Part shown: positions 22,281 to 34,920 of the stretch, piece after piece
How positions within the stretch are numbered: the stretch's first letter is position 1
How the letters are laid out: every line of letters begins with the position of its first letter
Assembly: GCF_020745735.1 (NCBI RefSeq)
Contig: NC_083436.1
Coordinates: 7,773,299-7,837,298, forward strand
Source: Hemiscyllium ocellatum
Taxonomy: Eukaryota
Direction of reading: 5' to 3'
DNA length: 64,000 nt
Translations under genes and position numbers: made by a program
Notes under the pieces: generated by a model
Databases searched by the model: none
Seen by the model: the letters and a program-made list of their open reading frames with translations, nothing else
What the model was told of the DNA's origin: nothing

Positions 22281-25200
22281 TTAACATTGGTCTGCAGTGT
22301 TTAACGCCAGCCTGCAGTGTTTAACGCCAGCCTGCAGTGTTTAACACTAGCCTGCAGTGTTTAACGCTAGCCTGCAGTGTTTAAAGCGAGCCAGCAGTGT
22401 TTAAAGCTAATCTGCAGAGTTTAACGCAAGTCTGCAGTGTTTATCGCTAGCCTGCAGTGTTTATCGCTAGGCTGCAGTGTTTAACGCTAGCCTGCAGTGT
22501 TTAACACTAGCCTGCAGTGTTTAACGTCAGACTGCAGTGTTTAAAGCGAGACAGCAGTGCTTAAAGCTAATCTGCAGTGTTTAACGCAAGTCTGCAGTGT
22601 TTAAAGCTAGTCTGCAGTGTTTAATGTTAGCCTGCAGTGTTTAACACCAGTTTGCAGTGTTTAACGCTAGCCTGCAGTGTTTAACGCTAGCCAGCAGTGT
22701 TTAACGCTAGTCTGCAGTGTTTAACGCTAGCCTGCAGTGTTTAACGCTAGCCTGCAGTGTTTAACACTAGTCTGCAGTGTTTAACGCTAGCCTGCAGTGT
22801 TTAACGCCGGCCTGCAGTGTTTAACAATAGCCAGCAGTGTTTAACGCTAGCCTGCAGTGTTTAACACAAGCCTGCAGTGTTTAAAGCTAGTCTGCAGTGT
22901 TTAACGCCAGCCTGCAGTGTTTAACGCTAATCTGCAGTGTTTGAAGCTAGTCTGCAGTGTTTAACTCTAGCCTGCAGTGTTTAACACTAGCCTGCAATGT
23001 TTAAAGCCAGCCTGCAGTGTTTAACACTAGCCTGCAGTGTTTAACACTAGCCAGCAGTGTTTAACGCTAGCCTGCAGTGTTTAAAGCCAGCCTGCAGTGT
23101 TTAACGCTAGTCTGCAGTGTTTAAAGCAAATCTGCAGCTTTTAACGCTAGCCTGCAGTGTTTAACACTAGTCTGCAGTGTTTATTGCTAGCCTGCAGTGT
23201 TTAAAGCTAGTCTGCAGTGGTTAACGCTAGCCTGCAGTGTTCATCGCTAGCCTGCAGCGTTTAAAGCTAGTCTGCAGTGTTTAACGCTAGCCTGCAGTGT
23301 TTAACACTAGTCTGCAGTGTTTAACGCTAGCTTGCAGTGTTTATCGCTAGCCTGCAGTGTTTAAAGCTAGTCTGCAGTGTTTAACACTAGCCTGCAGTGT
23401 TTAAAGCGAGCCAGCAGTGTTTAACATTAGCCTGCAGTGTTTAACGCCAGTCTGAAGTGTTTATCGCTAGCCTGCAGTGTTTAACGCTAATCTGCAGTGT
23501 TTAACACTAGCCTGTATTGTGTAACATTAGCCTGCAGTGTTTAAAGCTAGCCTGCAGTGTTTATCGCTAGCCTGCAGTGTTTAAAGCGAGCCAGCAGTGT
23601 TTAACATTAGCCTGCAGTGTTTAACGCCAGTCTGAAGTGTTTATTGCTAGCCTGCAGTGTTTAACGCTAATCTGCAGTGTTTAACACTAGCCTGTATTGT
23701 GTAACGTTAGCCTGCAGTGTTTAAAGCTAGCCTGCAGTGTTTAACGCTAGTCTGCAATGTTTAACACCAGCCAGCAGTGTTTAACACTAGCCTGCAGTGT
23801 TTAACACTAGCCTGCAGTGTTTAACGCTAGTCTGCAATGTTTAACACCAGCCAGCAGTGTTTAACACTAGCCTGCAGTGTTTAACACTACTCTGCAGTGT
23901 TTAAAGCTAGTCTGCAGTGTTTAAAGCGAGCCTGCAGTGTTTAACACTAGCCTGCAGTGTTTAAAGCAAATCTGCAGTGTTTAACGCTAGCCTGCAGTGT
24001 TTAACACTACTCTGCAGTGTTTATTGCTAACCTGCAGTGTTTAACACTAGCCTGCAGTGTTTAAAGCAAATCTGCAGCGTTTAACGCTAGCCTGCAGTGT
24101 TTAACACTACTCTGCAGTGTTTATTGCTAGCCTGCAGTGTTTAAAGCTAGTCTGCAGTGTTTAACGCTAGACTGCAGTGTTTAACGCTAGTCTGCAGTGT
24201 TTAAAGCTAGTCTGCAGTGTTTAACGCTAGACTGCAGTGTTTAACGCTAGCCTGCAGTGTTTAAAGCTAGTCTGCAGTGTTTAACGCTAGACTGCAGTGT
24301 TTAACGCTAGTCTGCAGTGTTTAATGCTAGCCTGCAGTGTTTAACTCTAATCTGCAGTGTTTAACACTAGCCTGCAGTGTTTAAAGCTAGTCTGCAGTGT
24401 TTAAAGCTAGTCTGCAGTGTTTAAAGCAAATCTGCAGCGTTTAACGCTAGCCTGCAGTGTTTAACACTAGTCTGCAGTGTTTAACACTAGCCTGCAGTGT
24501 TTAACGCTAATCTGCAGCGTTTAACGCTAGCCTGCAGTGTTTAACACTAGCCTGCAGCGTTTAAAGCTAGTCTGCAGTGTTTATTGCTAGCCTGCAGTGT
24601 TTAACACTAGTCTGCAGTGTTTAACACTAGCCTGCAGTGTTTATCGCTAGCCTGCAGTGTTTAAAGCGAGCCAGCAGTGTTTAACATTAGCCTGCAGTGT
24701 TTAACGCCAGTCTGAAGTGTTTATCGCTAGCCTGCAGTGCTTAACGCTAGCCTGCAGTGTTTAACACTAGTCTGCAGTGTTTAACGCTAGCTTGCATTGT
24801 TTATCGCTAATCTGCAGTGTTTAACACTAGCCTGCAGTGTTTATCGCTAGCCTGCAGTGTTTAAAGCGAGCCAGCAGTGTTTAACATTAGCCTGCAGTGT
24901 TTAACGCCAGTCTGAAGTGTTTATCGCTAGCCTGCAGTGTTTAACGCTAATCTGCAGTGTTTAACACTAGCCTGTATTGTGTAACGTTAGCCTGCAGTGT
25001 TTATAGCTAGCCTGCAGTGTTTAACGCTAGTCTGCAATGTTTAACACCAGCCTGCAGTGTTTAACACTAGCCTGCAGTGTTTAACACTAGCCTGCAGTCT
25101 TTAACACTAGCCTGCAGTGTTTAACGCTAGTCTGCAATGTTTAACACTAGCCTGCAGTGTTTAACACTAGCCTGCAGTGTTTAACACTACTCTGCAGTGT

Positions 25201-28200
25201 TTATTGCTAGCCTGCAGTGTTTAAAGCTAGTCTGCAGTGTTTAACGCTAGACTGCAGTGTTTAACGCTAATCTGCAGTGTTTAAAGCTAGTCTGCAGTGT
25301 TTAAAGCGAGCCTGCAGTGTTTAACACTAGCCTGCAGTGTTTAAAGCAAATCTGCAGCGTTTAACGCTAGCCTGCAGTGTTTAACACTACTCTGCAGTGT
25401 TTATTGCTAGCCTGCAGTGTTTAACACTAGCCTGCAGTGTTTAAAGCAAATCTGCAGCGTTTAACGCTAGCCTGCAGTGTTTAACACTACTCTGCAGTGT
25501 TTATTGCTAGCCTGCAGTGTTTAAAGCTAGTCTGCAGTGTTTAACGCTAGACTGCAGTGTTTAACGCTAGTCTGCAGTGTTTAAAGCTAGTCTGCAGTGT
25601 TTAACGCTAGACTGCAGTGTTTAACACTAGTCTGCAGTGTTTAAAGCTAGTCTGCAGTGTTTAACGCTAGACTGCAGTGTTTAACGCTAGTCTGCAGTGT
25701 TTAACGCTAGACTGCAGTGTTTAACGCTAATCTGCAGTGTTTAACACTAGCCTGCAGTGTTTAACGCTAATCTGCAGTGTTTAACACTAGCCTGCAGTGT
25801 TTAAAGCTAGTCTGCAGTGTTTAAAGCTAGTCTGCAGTGTTTAAAGCAAATCTGCAGCGTTTAACGCTAGCCTGCAGTGTTTAACACTAGTCTGCAGTGT
25901 TTAACACTAGCCTGCAGTGTTTAACGCTAGCCTGCAGTGTTTAACACTACTCTGCAGTGTTTATTGCTAGCCTGCAGTGTTTAAAGCTAGTCTGCAGTGT
26001 TTAACGCTAGACTGCAGTGTTTAACGCTAATCTGCAGTGTTTAAAGCTAGTCTGCAGTGTTTAAAGCGAGCCTGCAGTGTTTAACACTAGCCTGCAGTGT
26101 TTAAAGCAAATCTGCAGAGTTTAACGCTAGCCTGCAGTGTTTAACACTACTCTGCAGTGTTTATTGCTAGCCTGCAGTGTTTAACACTAGCCTGCAGTGT
26201 TTAAAGCAAATCTGCAGCGTTTAACGCTAGCCTGCAGTGTTTAACACTACTCTGCAGTGTTTATTGCTAGCCTGCAGTGTTTAACACTAGCCTGCAGTGT
26301 TTAAAGCAAATCTGCAGCGTTTAACGCTAGCCTGCAGTGTTTAACACTACTCTGCAGTGTTTATTGCTAGCCTGCAGTGTTTAACACTAGTCTGCAGTGT
26401 TTAACGCTAGACTGCAGTGTTTAACGCTAGTCTGCAGTGTTTAAAGCTAGTCTGCAGTGTTTAACGCTAGACTGCAGTGTTTAACGCTAGTCTGCAGTGT
26501 TTAACGCTAGACTGCAGTGTTTAACGCTAATCTGCAGTGTTTAACACTAGCCTGCAGTGTTTAACGCTAATCTGCAGTGTTTAACACTAGCCTGCAGTGT
26601 TTAAAGCTAGTCTGCAGTGTTTAAAGCTAGTCTGCAGTGTTTAAAGCAAATCTGCAGCGTTTAACGCTAGCCTGCAGTGTTTAACACTAGTCTGCAGTGT
26701 TTAACACTAGTCTGCAGTGTTTAACGCTAATCTGCAGTGTTTCACGCTAGCCTGCAGTGTTTAACGCTAGCCTGCAGCGTTTAAAGCTAGTCTGCAGTGT
26801 TTATTGCTAGCCTGCAGTGTTTAACACTAGTCTGCAGTGTTTAAAGCCAGCCTGCAGTGTTTAACGCTAGCCTGCAGTGTTTAAAGCTAGCCAGCAGTGT
26901 TTAACGCCAGTCTGAAGTGTTTATCGCTAGCCTGCAGTGTTTAACGCTAATCTGCAGTGTTTAACACTAGCCTGTATTGTGTAACGTTAGCCTGCAGTGT
27001 TTATAGCTAGCCTGCAGTGTTTAACATGAGCCTGCAGTGTTTAACACTAGTCTGCAGTGTTTAACTCTAGCCTGCAGTGTTTAACGCTAATCTGCAGTGG
27101 TTAACACTAGCCTGTATTGTGTAACGTTAGCCTGCAGTGTTTAAAGCTCGTCTGCAGTGTTTAACATGAGCCTGCAGTGTTTAACACTAGTCTGCAGTGT
27201 TTAACTCTAGCCTGCATTGTTTAACGCTAGTCTGCAGTGTTTAACACTAGTCTGCAGTGTTTAACACTAGCCTGCAGTGTTTAACACTAGCCTGCAGTGT
27301 TTAACGCTAGTCTGCAGTGTTTAACATGAGCCTGCAGTGTTTAACGCTAGTCTGCAGTGTTTAACACTAGCCTGCATTGTTTAACGCTAGTCTGCAGTGT
27401 TTAACACTAGTCTGCAGTGTTTAACACTAGCCTGCAGTGTTTAACACTAGCCTGCAGTGTTTAACACTAGCCTGCATTGTTTAACGCTAGTCTGCAGTGT
27501 TTAACACTAGTCTGCAGTGTTTAACGTTAGTCTGCAGTGTTTAACACTAGTCTGCAGTGTTTAACACTAGCCTGCAGTGTTTAACACTAGCCTGCAGTGT
27601 TTAACGCTAGCCTGCAGTGTTTAAAGCAAATCTGCAGCGTTTAACGCTAGCCTGCAGTGTTTAACACTACTCTGCAGTGTTTATTGCTAGCCTGCAGTGT
27701 TTAAAGCTAGTCTGCAGTGTTTAACGCTAGACTGCAGTGTTTAACGCTAGTCTGCAGTGTTTAAAGCTAGTCTGCAGTGTTTAACGCTAGACTGCAGTGT
27801 TTAACACTAGTCTGCAGTGTTTAAAGCTAGTCTGCAGTGTTTAACGCTAGACTGCAGTGTTTAACGCTAGTCTGCAGTGTTTAACGCTAGACTGCAGTGT
27901 TTAACGCTAATCTGCAGTGTTTAACACTAGCCTGCAGTGTTTAAAGCTAGTCTGCAGTGTTTAAAGCTAGTCTGCAGTGTTTAAAGCAAATCTGCAGCGT
28001 TTAACGCTAGCCTGCAGTGTTTAACACTAGTCTGCAGTGTTTAACACTAGCCTGCAGTGTTTAACGCTAGCCTGCAGTGTTTAACACTACTCTGCAGTGT
28101 TTATTGCTAGCCTGCAGTGTTTAAAGCTAGTCTGCAGTGTTTAACGCTAGACTGCAGTGTTTAACGCTAATCTGCAGTGTTTAAAGCTAGTCTGCAGTGT

Positions 28201-30099
28201 TTAAAGCGAGCCTGCAGTGTTTAACACTAGCCTGCAGTGTTTAAAGCAAATCTGCAGAGTTTAACGCTAGCCTGCAGTGTTTAACACTACTCTGCAGTGT
28301 TTATTTCTAGCCTGCAGTGTTTAACACTAGCCTGCAGTGTTTAAAGCAAATCTGCAGCGTTTAACGCTAGCCTGCAGTGTTTAACACTACTCTGCAGTGT
28401 TTATTGCTAGCCTGCAGTGTTTAACACTAGCCTGCAGTGTTTAACGCTAGACTGCAGTGTTTAACGCTAGTCTGCAGTGTTTAAAGCTAGTCTGCAGTGT
28501 TTAACGCTAGACTGCAGTGTTTAACGCTAGTCTGCAGTGTTTAACGCTAGACTGCAGTGTTTAACGCTAATCTGCAGTGTTTAACACTAGCCTGCAGTGT
28601 TTAACGCTAATCTGCAGTGTTTAACACTAGCCTGCAGTGTTTAAAGCTAGTCTGCAGTGTTTAAAGCTAGTCTGCAGTGTTTAAAGCAAATCTGCAGCGT
28701 TTAACGCTAGCCTGCAGTGTTTAACACTAGTCTGCAGTGTTTAACACTAGTCTGCAGTGTTTAACGCTAATCTGCAGTGTTTCACGCTAGCCTGCAGTGT
28801 TTAACGCTAGCCTGCAGCGTTTAAAGCTAGTCTGCAGTGTTTATTGCTAGCCTGCAGTGTTTAACACTAGTCTGCAGTGTTTAAAGCCAGCCTGCAGTGT
28901 TTAACGCTAGCCTGCAGTGTTTAAAGCTAGCCAGCAGTGTTTAACGCCAGTCTGAAGTGTTTATCGCTAGCCTGCAGTGTTTAACGCTAATCTGCAGTGT
29001 TTAACACTAGCCTGTATTGTGTAACGTTAGCCTGCAGTGTTTATAGCTAGCCTGCAGTGTTTAACATGAGCCTGCAGTGTTTAACACTAGTCTGCAGTGT
29101 TTAACTCTAGCCTGCAGTGTTTAACGCTAATCTGCAGTGGTTAACACTAGCCTGTATTGTGTAACGTTAGCCTGCAGTGTTTAAAGCTCGTCTGCAGTGT
29201 TTAACATGAGCCTGCAGTGTTTAACACTAGTCTGCAGTGTTTAACTCTAGCCTGCATTGTTTAACGCTAGTCTGCAGTGTTTAACACTAGTCTGCAGTGT
29301 TTAACACTAGCCTGCAGTGTTTAACACTAGCCTGCAGTGTTTAACGCTAGTCTGCAGTGTTTAACATGAGCCTGCAGTGTTTAACGCTAGTCTGCAGTGT
29401 TTAACACTAGCCTGCATTGTTTAACGCTAGTCTGCAGTGTTTAACACTAGTCTGCAGTGTTTAACACTAGCCTGCAGTGTTTAACACTAGCCTGCAGTGT
29501 TTAACACTAGCCTGCATTGTTTAACGCTAGTCTGCAGTGTTTAACACTAGTCTGCAGTGTTTAACGTTAGTCTGCAGTGTTTAACACTAGTCTGCAGTGT
29601 TTAACACTAGCCTGCAGTGTTTAACACTAGCCTGCAGTGTTTAACGCTAGTCTGCAGTGTTTAACACTAGCCTGCATTGTTTAACGCTAGTCTGCAGTGT
29701 TTAACACTAGTCTGCAGTGTTTAACGCTAGTCTGCAGTGTTTAACTCTAGCCTGCAGTGCTTAACACTAGCCTGCAGTGTTTAAAGCCAGCCTGCAGTGT
29801 TTAACACTAGCCTGCAGTGTTTAACGCTCGTCTGCAGTGTTTAACACTAGTCTGCAGTGTTTAACACTAGCCTGCATTGTTTAACGCTAGTCTGCAGTGT
29901 TTAACACTAGCCTGCATTGTTTAACGCTCGTCTGCAGTGTTTAACACTAGTCTGCAGTGTTTAACACTAGTCTGCAGTGTTTAAAGCCAGCCTGCAGTGT
30001 TTAAAGCCAGCCTGCAGTGTTTAACGCTAGTCTGCAGTGTTTAACACTAGCCTGCAGTGTTTAACGCCAGCCTGCAGTGTTTAAAGCTAGTCTGCAGTG
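22281..30099. repeat. 20-bp tandem satellite, ~390 units, in JCHAIN intron 3
   Basis: Consensus TTAAC(G/A)CTAG(C/T)CTGCAGTGT with no length variation across 7.8 kb. Confidence 0.99.
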
Positions 30100-30114
30100 C
30101 CCTCCAGACACATA

Positions 30115-30393
30115 CAGTAGGCCCTCGGTTATCTGAACGAGACGGCTTTGGAGTATTTTGTTCAGATAATTGATCGTTGAATAACTGGAAACAAGCAGTA
30201 ATTTTAATGCCAGTTTTCCTATTCATTTCTAGGTTATCCCACTATATCTCGGTTATCAGACAATGCAGTCCTTAATGCCGTTTGACTGATTACTGAATGC
30301 TGAGTTGTCTAATGGCATTTTTACAATCTTGAGATCTTGTTAGGACAATCCAAAATTCAGATAATTGACGTTCGGGTAACCAAAGTTCTATTG
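30115..30393. mobile_element. Tigger/Tc1-mariner-like MITE
   Basis: TA|CAGTAGGCCCTCGGTTATCTGAACG ... CGTTCGGGTAACCAAAGTTCTATTG|TA: degenerate ~25-bp TIRs with TA duplication. Confidence 0.65.
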
Positions 30394-30749
30394 TACTCAG
30401 AAGGAAGTGGGAACAGGTAGGCATGGATCAAAGTTAAATAGTCATTTTCAGGGACATGGATGCTATACCACAAAATTTCACAAAAGAGATCAATGTCAAT
30501 GCATGCATTTTCAAATGACTTATCCTGTACGCTGCACACCTGTCTCAAATAATGTTTGGTCTGTCACACCACCAACACAGTCTCTGTAACTGAGGGCTCA
30601 ATCCTGACATTCATACACTGCACCACATCCTCATACATTTAACACTGCAGCCAGCCTCAGGTATACATCTCACAACTGGCACAAACTGCCAACTGTTCAA
30701 GCATGACAACCACATCAACCAAATAAACTGCACCACACTCACAAACACT

Positions 30750-31560
30750 CTTCCTCTCTCCAGCAGGACAAGATGGAATGAAACCAGAGGTACCAGGAGC
30801 TAACCGGAAAGGAACATGGAAATCTGCAAGTTTTAATTCTCCTGGAGGTGATAGCTGACTGCTTCATAGCAGCGACCCTGGAGAGAGGATGAGTTGAAAG
30901 CACTGAAGATGAAAGTATCCTCACTGAATACTTCTCACTGGCCCCTCGATCTTCAATTTCCTCTGTATGACGACCTGCCAGACGTAGCTGTTACTTTCTC
31001 CCAGACTATGACTTCACTCTTCTGGTTTTCTTCTCTCTGAGACTCAAAAAACGTGATCAAGGCAGACGTTAGACAAAGAGCAAAAAAGAAATGATGGTGA
31101 AGGCATATCATCAGTATTTCACACTCGCAGCTCAGATAGTGACCGAGTGCATCATTTCGAGGAAAGCACCCTGAGGCGGGAACTGCATGTTGTGAGACAT
31201 CAGGGGTAAGTGGGTGAGGGGGCAAAGAGAACGCAGATGGCAGCTCCGCAGAGGGACAGGTCACTCGGGTGCTCTGCTGAAGGGATGAGCTTTCAGTTGG
31301 AGAATGTTGTTGGGAGTGACCAACAAAATGTCTGGTGATTTAAGAAACCTGCTTGAAAGGTTACAGCTATTGGCAAGGAGCATGGAGTCAGACACCAGCA
31401 AATTGCAGGGTCCTGCACAGATTTCTGAGGCCATCCTTTCCAGCGTGGCAGTGATGGCCCATTGTAGTCACACACTTGGCGACCTGAGACTGATGCAGCA
31501 ATCTATCTGTGACTACTAATACACTTGCTGTGCAAGAGGTTGGGGCTGTCAACTTCGACT
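30750..31560 (+). mobile_element. Possible Harbinger-associated Myb/SANT ORF remnant
   Basis: QDKME*NQRYQELTGKEHGNLQVL resembles the post-SANT segment of PIF/Harbinger ORF2; interrupted by stops. Confidence 0.3.
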
Positions 31561-31866
31561 AGATAGTACTTCTACTAGTTACTTCTATTAGTACTGCATG
31601 GGAGCTTTAAGACGTAATGGTACATGGAAGACAGACACTAAAAGATTGCACATGTGTGATTAGTTGACTTTTGTACACAATATGGCAATATTTTTGATCA
31701 CTAATCTGCTATGTAATGTTTATTTTCTGGTAGTTTTTGCTTTTTATAGCCAAAAGATCACTCCTGGTTCCCTCAATCCTATTCTCATAAACTGATGACT
31801 CTTGATCCTAATTAACTGTTCTCTGTCTTCAGGTACTGTATGTTCCTCCTTTTTACCTTCCATCAT

Positions 31867-32071
31867 TAGATTAGATTCCCTACAGTGTGGAAACAGGCCC
31901 TTCAGCCCAACAAGTCCACACCGACCCAGCGAAGAGTAACCCACCCAGACCCATTTCCCTCTGACTAATGCACCTCACACTATGGGCAATTTAGCATGGC
32001 CAATTCACCTGACCTACACATCTTTGGACTGTGGGAGGAAACCAGAGCACCACTGAGGCACCATGCCGCCC
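31867..32071 (-). mobile_element. HE1/V-SINE with internal deletion
   Basis: Tail and partial V-domain joined directly to the 5' end. Confidence 0.82.
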
Positions 32072-32844
32072 TATCACCACTCTCACCAAAAAATTCAATC
32101 TTTTTGCGTCTCCACCATTCCAAACTATCTCCCTGTTTTCTCCCTGTTAGCTCTATAATTCCTGAACACTTGCTGAAGTGTTTGTACTTTTGGACTAGAT
32201 TAAAAACTGGGAGAGCTTCCGAGAGGGAGATCCATGACTTACTAAGGTGACAAAGGCTGTTGGTTTTTTTCAGAAAGCAGGCAGCTGATTGGCTGCCATA
32301 AGGCTTTATGCCAGAATCAGGAAGTCCCACCTGACTGGAGGAGCCGACGAATCAGAGCCCGCCAACTCCAGAACTCAATGACAACTCAGCAAAGGCAGTA
32401 GCTGACACCAGAAAAAATCTCCTGGACTCCCAGGATGGAAGATCCATAAGGGAAATGTTTGGGAGTGGTTTCTGGGGTAGGGAATCAGGGAGAGAGGAAT
32501 ACAGGGGGTGTCAGAAACAAGGGCAAGAGGGTGGTTCTCAGCTGCAATCATCCTACTCCAGGTCCAGTCCATCAGTGTTGCACAATCTGATGCCTATCGA
32601 GAGACCATCCACCTAATTAAGTGTTCTTCTCACATCCAAACCCACCACCTCTGAAACTGGAACATAGCACCTATGTTATCACCTCCAAATCCATCCTCAC
32701 CTTTTCCAGAACATCCTGTTGAATCAACCTGATCGGGTTTATGCCTGAGCCATCTTAACAAGACAGTGCTTATCAAAATCATAAATGGTATATTGTGTAA
32801 AAATGACAAGTGCAAACTTTCCCTTCTTGTCTTGGTGTTGAGCA

Positions 32845-34006
32845 AGTTAGACAAAGGTGAGCTAATGAACATGCTCTATGTGGATTTCCAGAAAGCCTTG
32901 GATAAGCCTCTGCACAGGAGGCTGCTAAATAAGCGAAGGGCCCATGGTTTTGAGGCAAGGGGCGTGGATAGAGGATTGGCTACCTGGCAGAGGGCAGAAA
33001 GTCGGGATAACAGGGTCTTTTCAGAATAGCAAACAGTGACTGGAGAAGTTCCGCAGTCATCAGTGTTGGGAAAACTATTCACATTATGAATTAATGTAGG
33101 AATTGAGTGCATAGCTGCCATGTTTGCAGATGGCACAAGGATAGGGGATGGGCAGGGAGAGCTGAGGAAACAGGCAGGCTGCACAAGGACTTGGACAGAC
33201 TCTGAGAGTGGGCAAAAAGAGGCAGATGGAATACAGTGTGGGATCGAGTGAGGTTGTGCACTTTGGTAGGAAGAATAGAAGCATATACTATTTTCTAAAT
33301 GTGGAATGGCTACATAAATCTGAAGCACAAAGGAATTTGTCTTGGTTCAGGATCCTCTTAAAGTTAACGTGCAAGTTCAGTCAGCAGATGAAAGACAAAT
33401 GCATTCTGTTAACATTCATACCAAGAGGGTCAAAATACAAGGGCAAAAATGTCCAGCTGAAGCTGCATAAGGCTCTGGTCAGACTACATTTGGAATATTG
33501 TGAGCAGTTTTGGACCCTGGTATCTAAGGAATGATGTCTGGCATTGGAGAGGACCCAGCACAGCTTTCCGGTCATGATCCAGGGGATGAAGGGCCCCGAT
33601 ATGTAGAGCGGTTGAGGACTCTGGGTCTGTACTTAATTTCACTGAAACTAAAAAAATTACTGAGAGACCTGAATAGAATAAATGTGGAAAAGATGTTCCC
33701 AAATGTAAGAGAGATTAGGGCCTGAGGGCACAGCCTCAGAGTGAAGGGATGATCTTTTAGAACTGAGATGAGGAGGAATTTCTGCAGCCTGAGGTTTGTG
33801 AAGCTGTGAAATGCATTGCCACAGAAGGCCAAGTCCTTGAGTGTCTTTATGATAGAGATGGATAGATTCTTGATTGGTGAGGGGATCAAGGGTTACTAGG
33901 ACAAGGCAGGAGATTAGAGTTGAAAAACATATCAGCCATGATTGAATGGCAGAGTGGGCCTGAGGGGCTAAATGGCCTAATCCTGCTCCTACATTTTATG
34001 GTCTTA
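32845..34006 (+). mobile_element. Degenerate CR1 LINE (RT to 3' end)
   Basis: YVDFQKA, VVHFGRKN, LVRLHLEYCEQFW, RGHSL and 3'UTR; several frameshifts. Confidence 0.85.
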
Positions 34007-34269
34007 CTCAACTTCTCAGCAGCTTTGATATAATGAACCACACCACCCTCCTCCAATGTCTCTCTGCTGTAGTACAGCTCGATGAAATTACACCAGCTTG
34101 GCTCCAGCCTTACCTATGTTATCAGAGCCAGAGCATCACTTAAAGAGGTTTCTCTTACTGCTCCCACACTGATACCTCTGATGTTGTCCAAAGTTCAGTC
34201 CTTGCCCCTGTCCTTTTTTGTGCATGTTGCTCTTCTATGCAGTGTTAGTTTTCACTTGTACACTTCAGC

Positions 34270-34920
34270 TCTATCCCACCAATAGCTCACTCTACTCCTT
34301 CACTACTGCGAAGTTATTAAACTGCTTGTCCAACATCCTGAGCTAAATGAGGAAATATTTCCTCCAAATCCGGGCAACCAAAGCTGATCTTTTCAGTCCT
34401 GACTACATGCTTCATTTCTTAGCTCCAAACCTAGCCCTCTCTGAGGCTAAATAAAACTGTTCATAACTTTGAATCTGTGATGAGCTTCTGACATCTTACC
34501 TGCCCAACACTGATTCCATCCCCTGCTCCCAACATCAGCTCAGTCTGCTTTGCCTCAGCTCATCTGTTGCTAAAAATCTTTATCCATCCCTTTATTTGAA
34601 GACCTCACTACTCCAATGCACTTCTGATTGATCTTACACTGCACACCATCCAACATCATTCAAATCTATACTGCTTGGGACCTTACTCTCGTTCACTCAT
34701 TAATAGTGTGCTCGCTGGCTTGCATTGGCTCTGGATAAGCGACCTTTAATTCACAATTCTCTTTGTTGTTCTCGATTTCCTTTAAAGCCTTGTCCTTCCC
34801 AATCTCTGCGATCTCCTTCAGCTCTACAACTTGCAAATATACCTGCTCCCCTCTAGTTCTGATACCTTGACCATCCCCAGTTTAAATCACTCTGCCATTG
34901 GTCGCCATTGCCTTCAGTTG
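34270..34920 (+). mobile_element. Old L2-type LINE fragment
   Basis: Degenerate LSSSVA..LIHxF...LxYSNALL C-terminal L2 motif. Confidence 0.5.

Noticed and set aside
22281-30099. CRISPR-like array
   Set aside because: Units abut directly with no unique spacers, there are no cas genes, and the context is vertebrate. It is a satellite.
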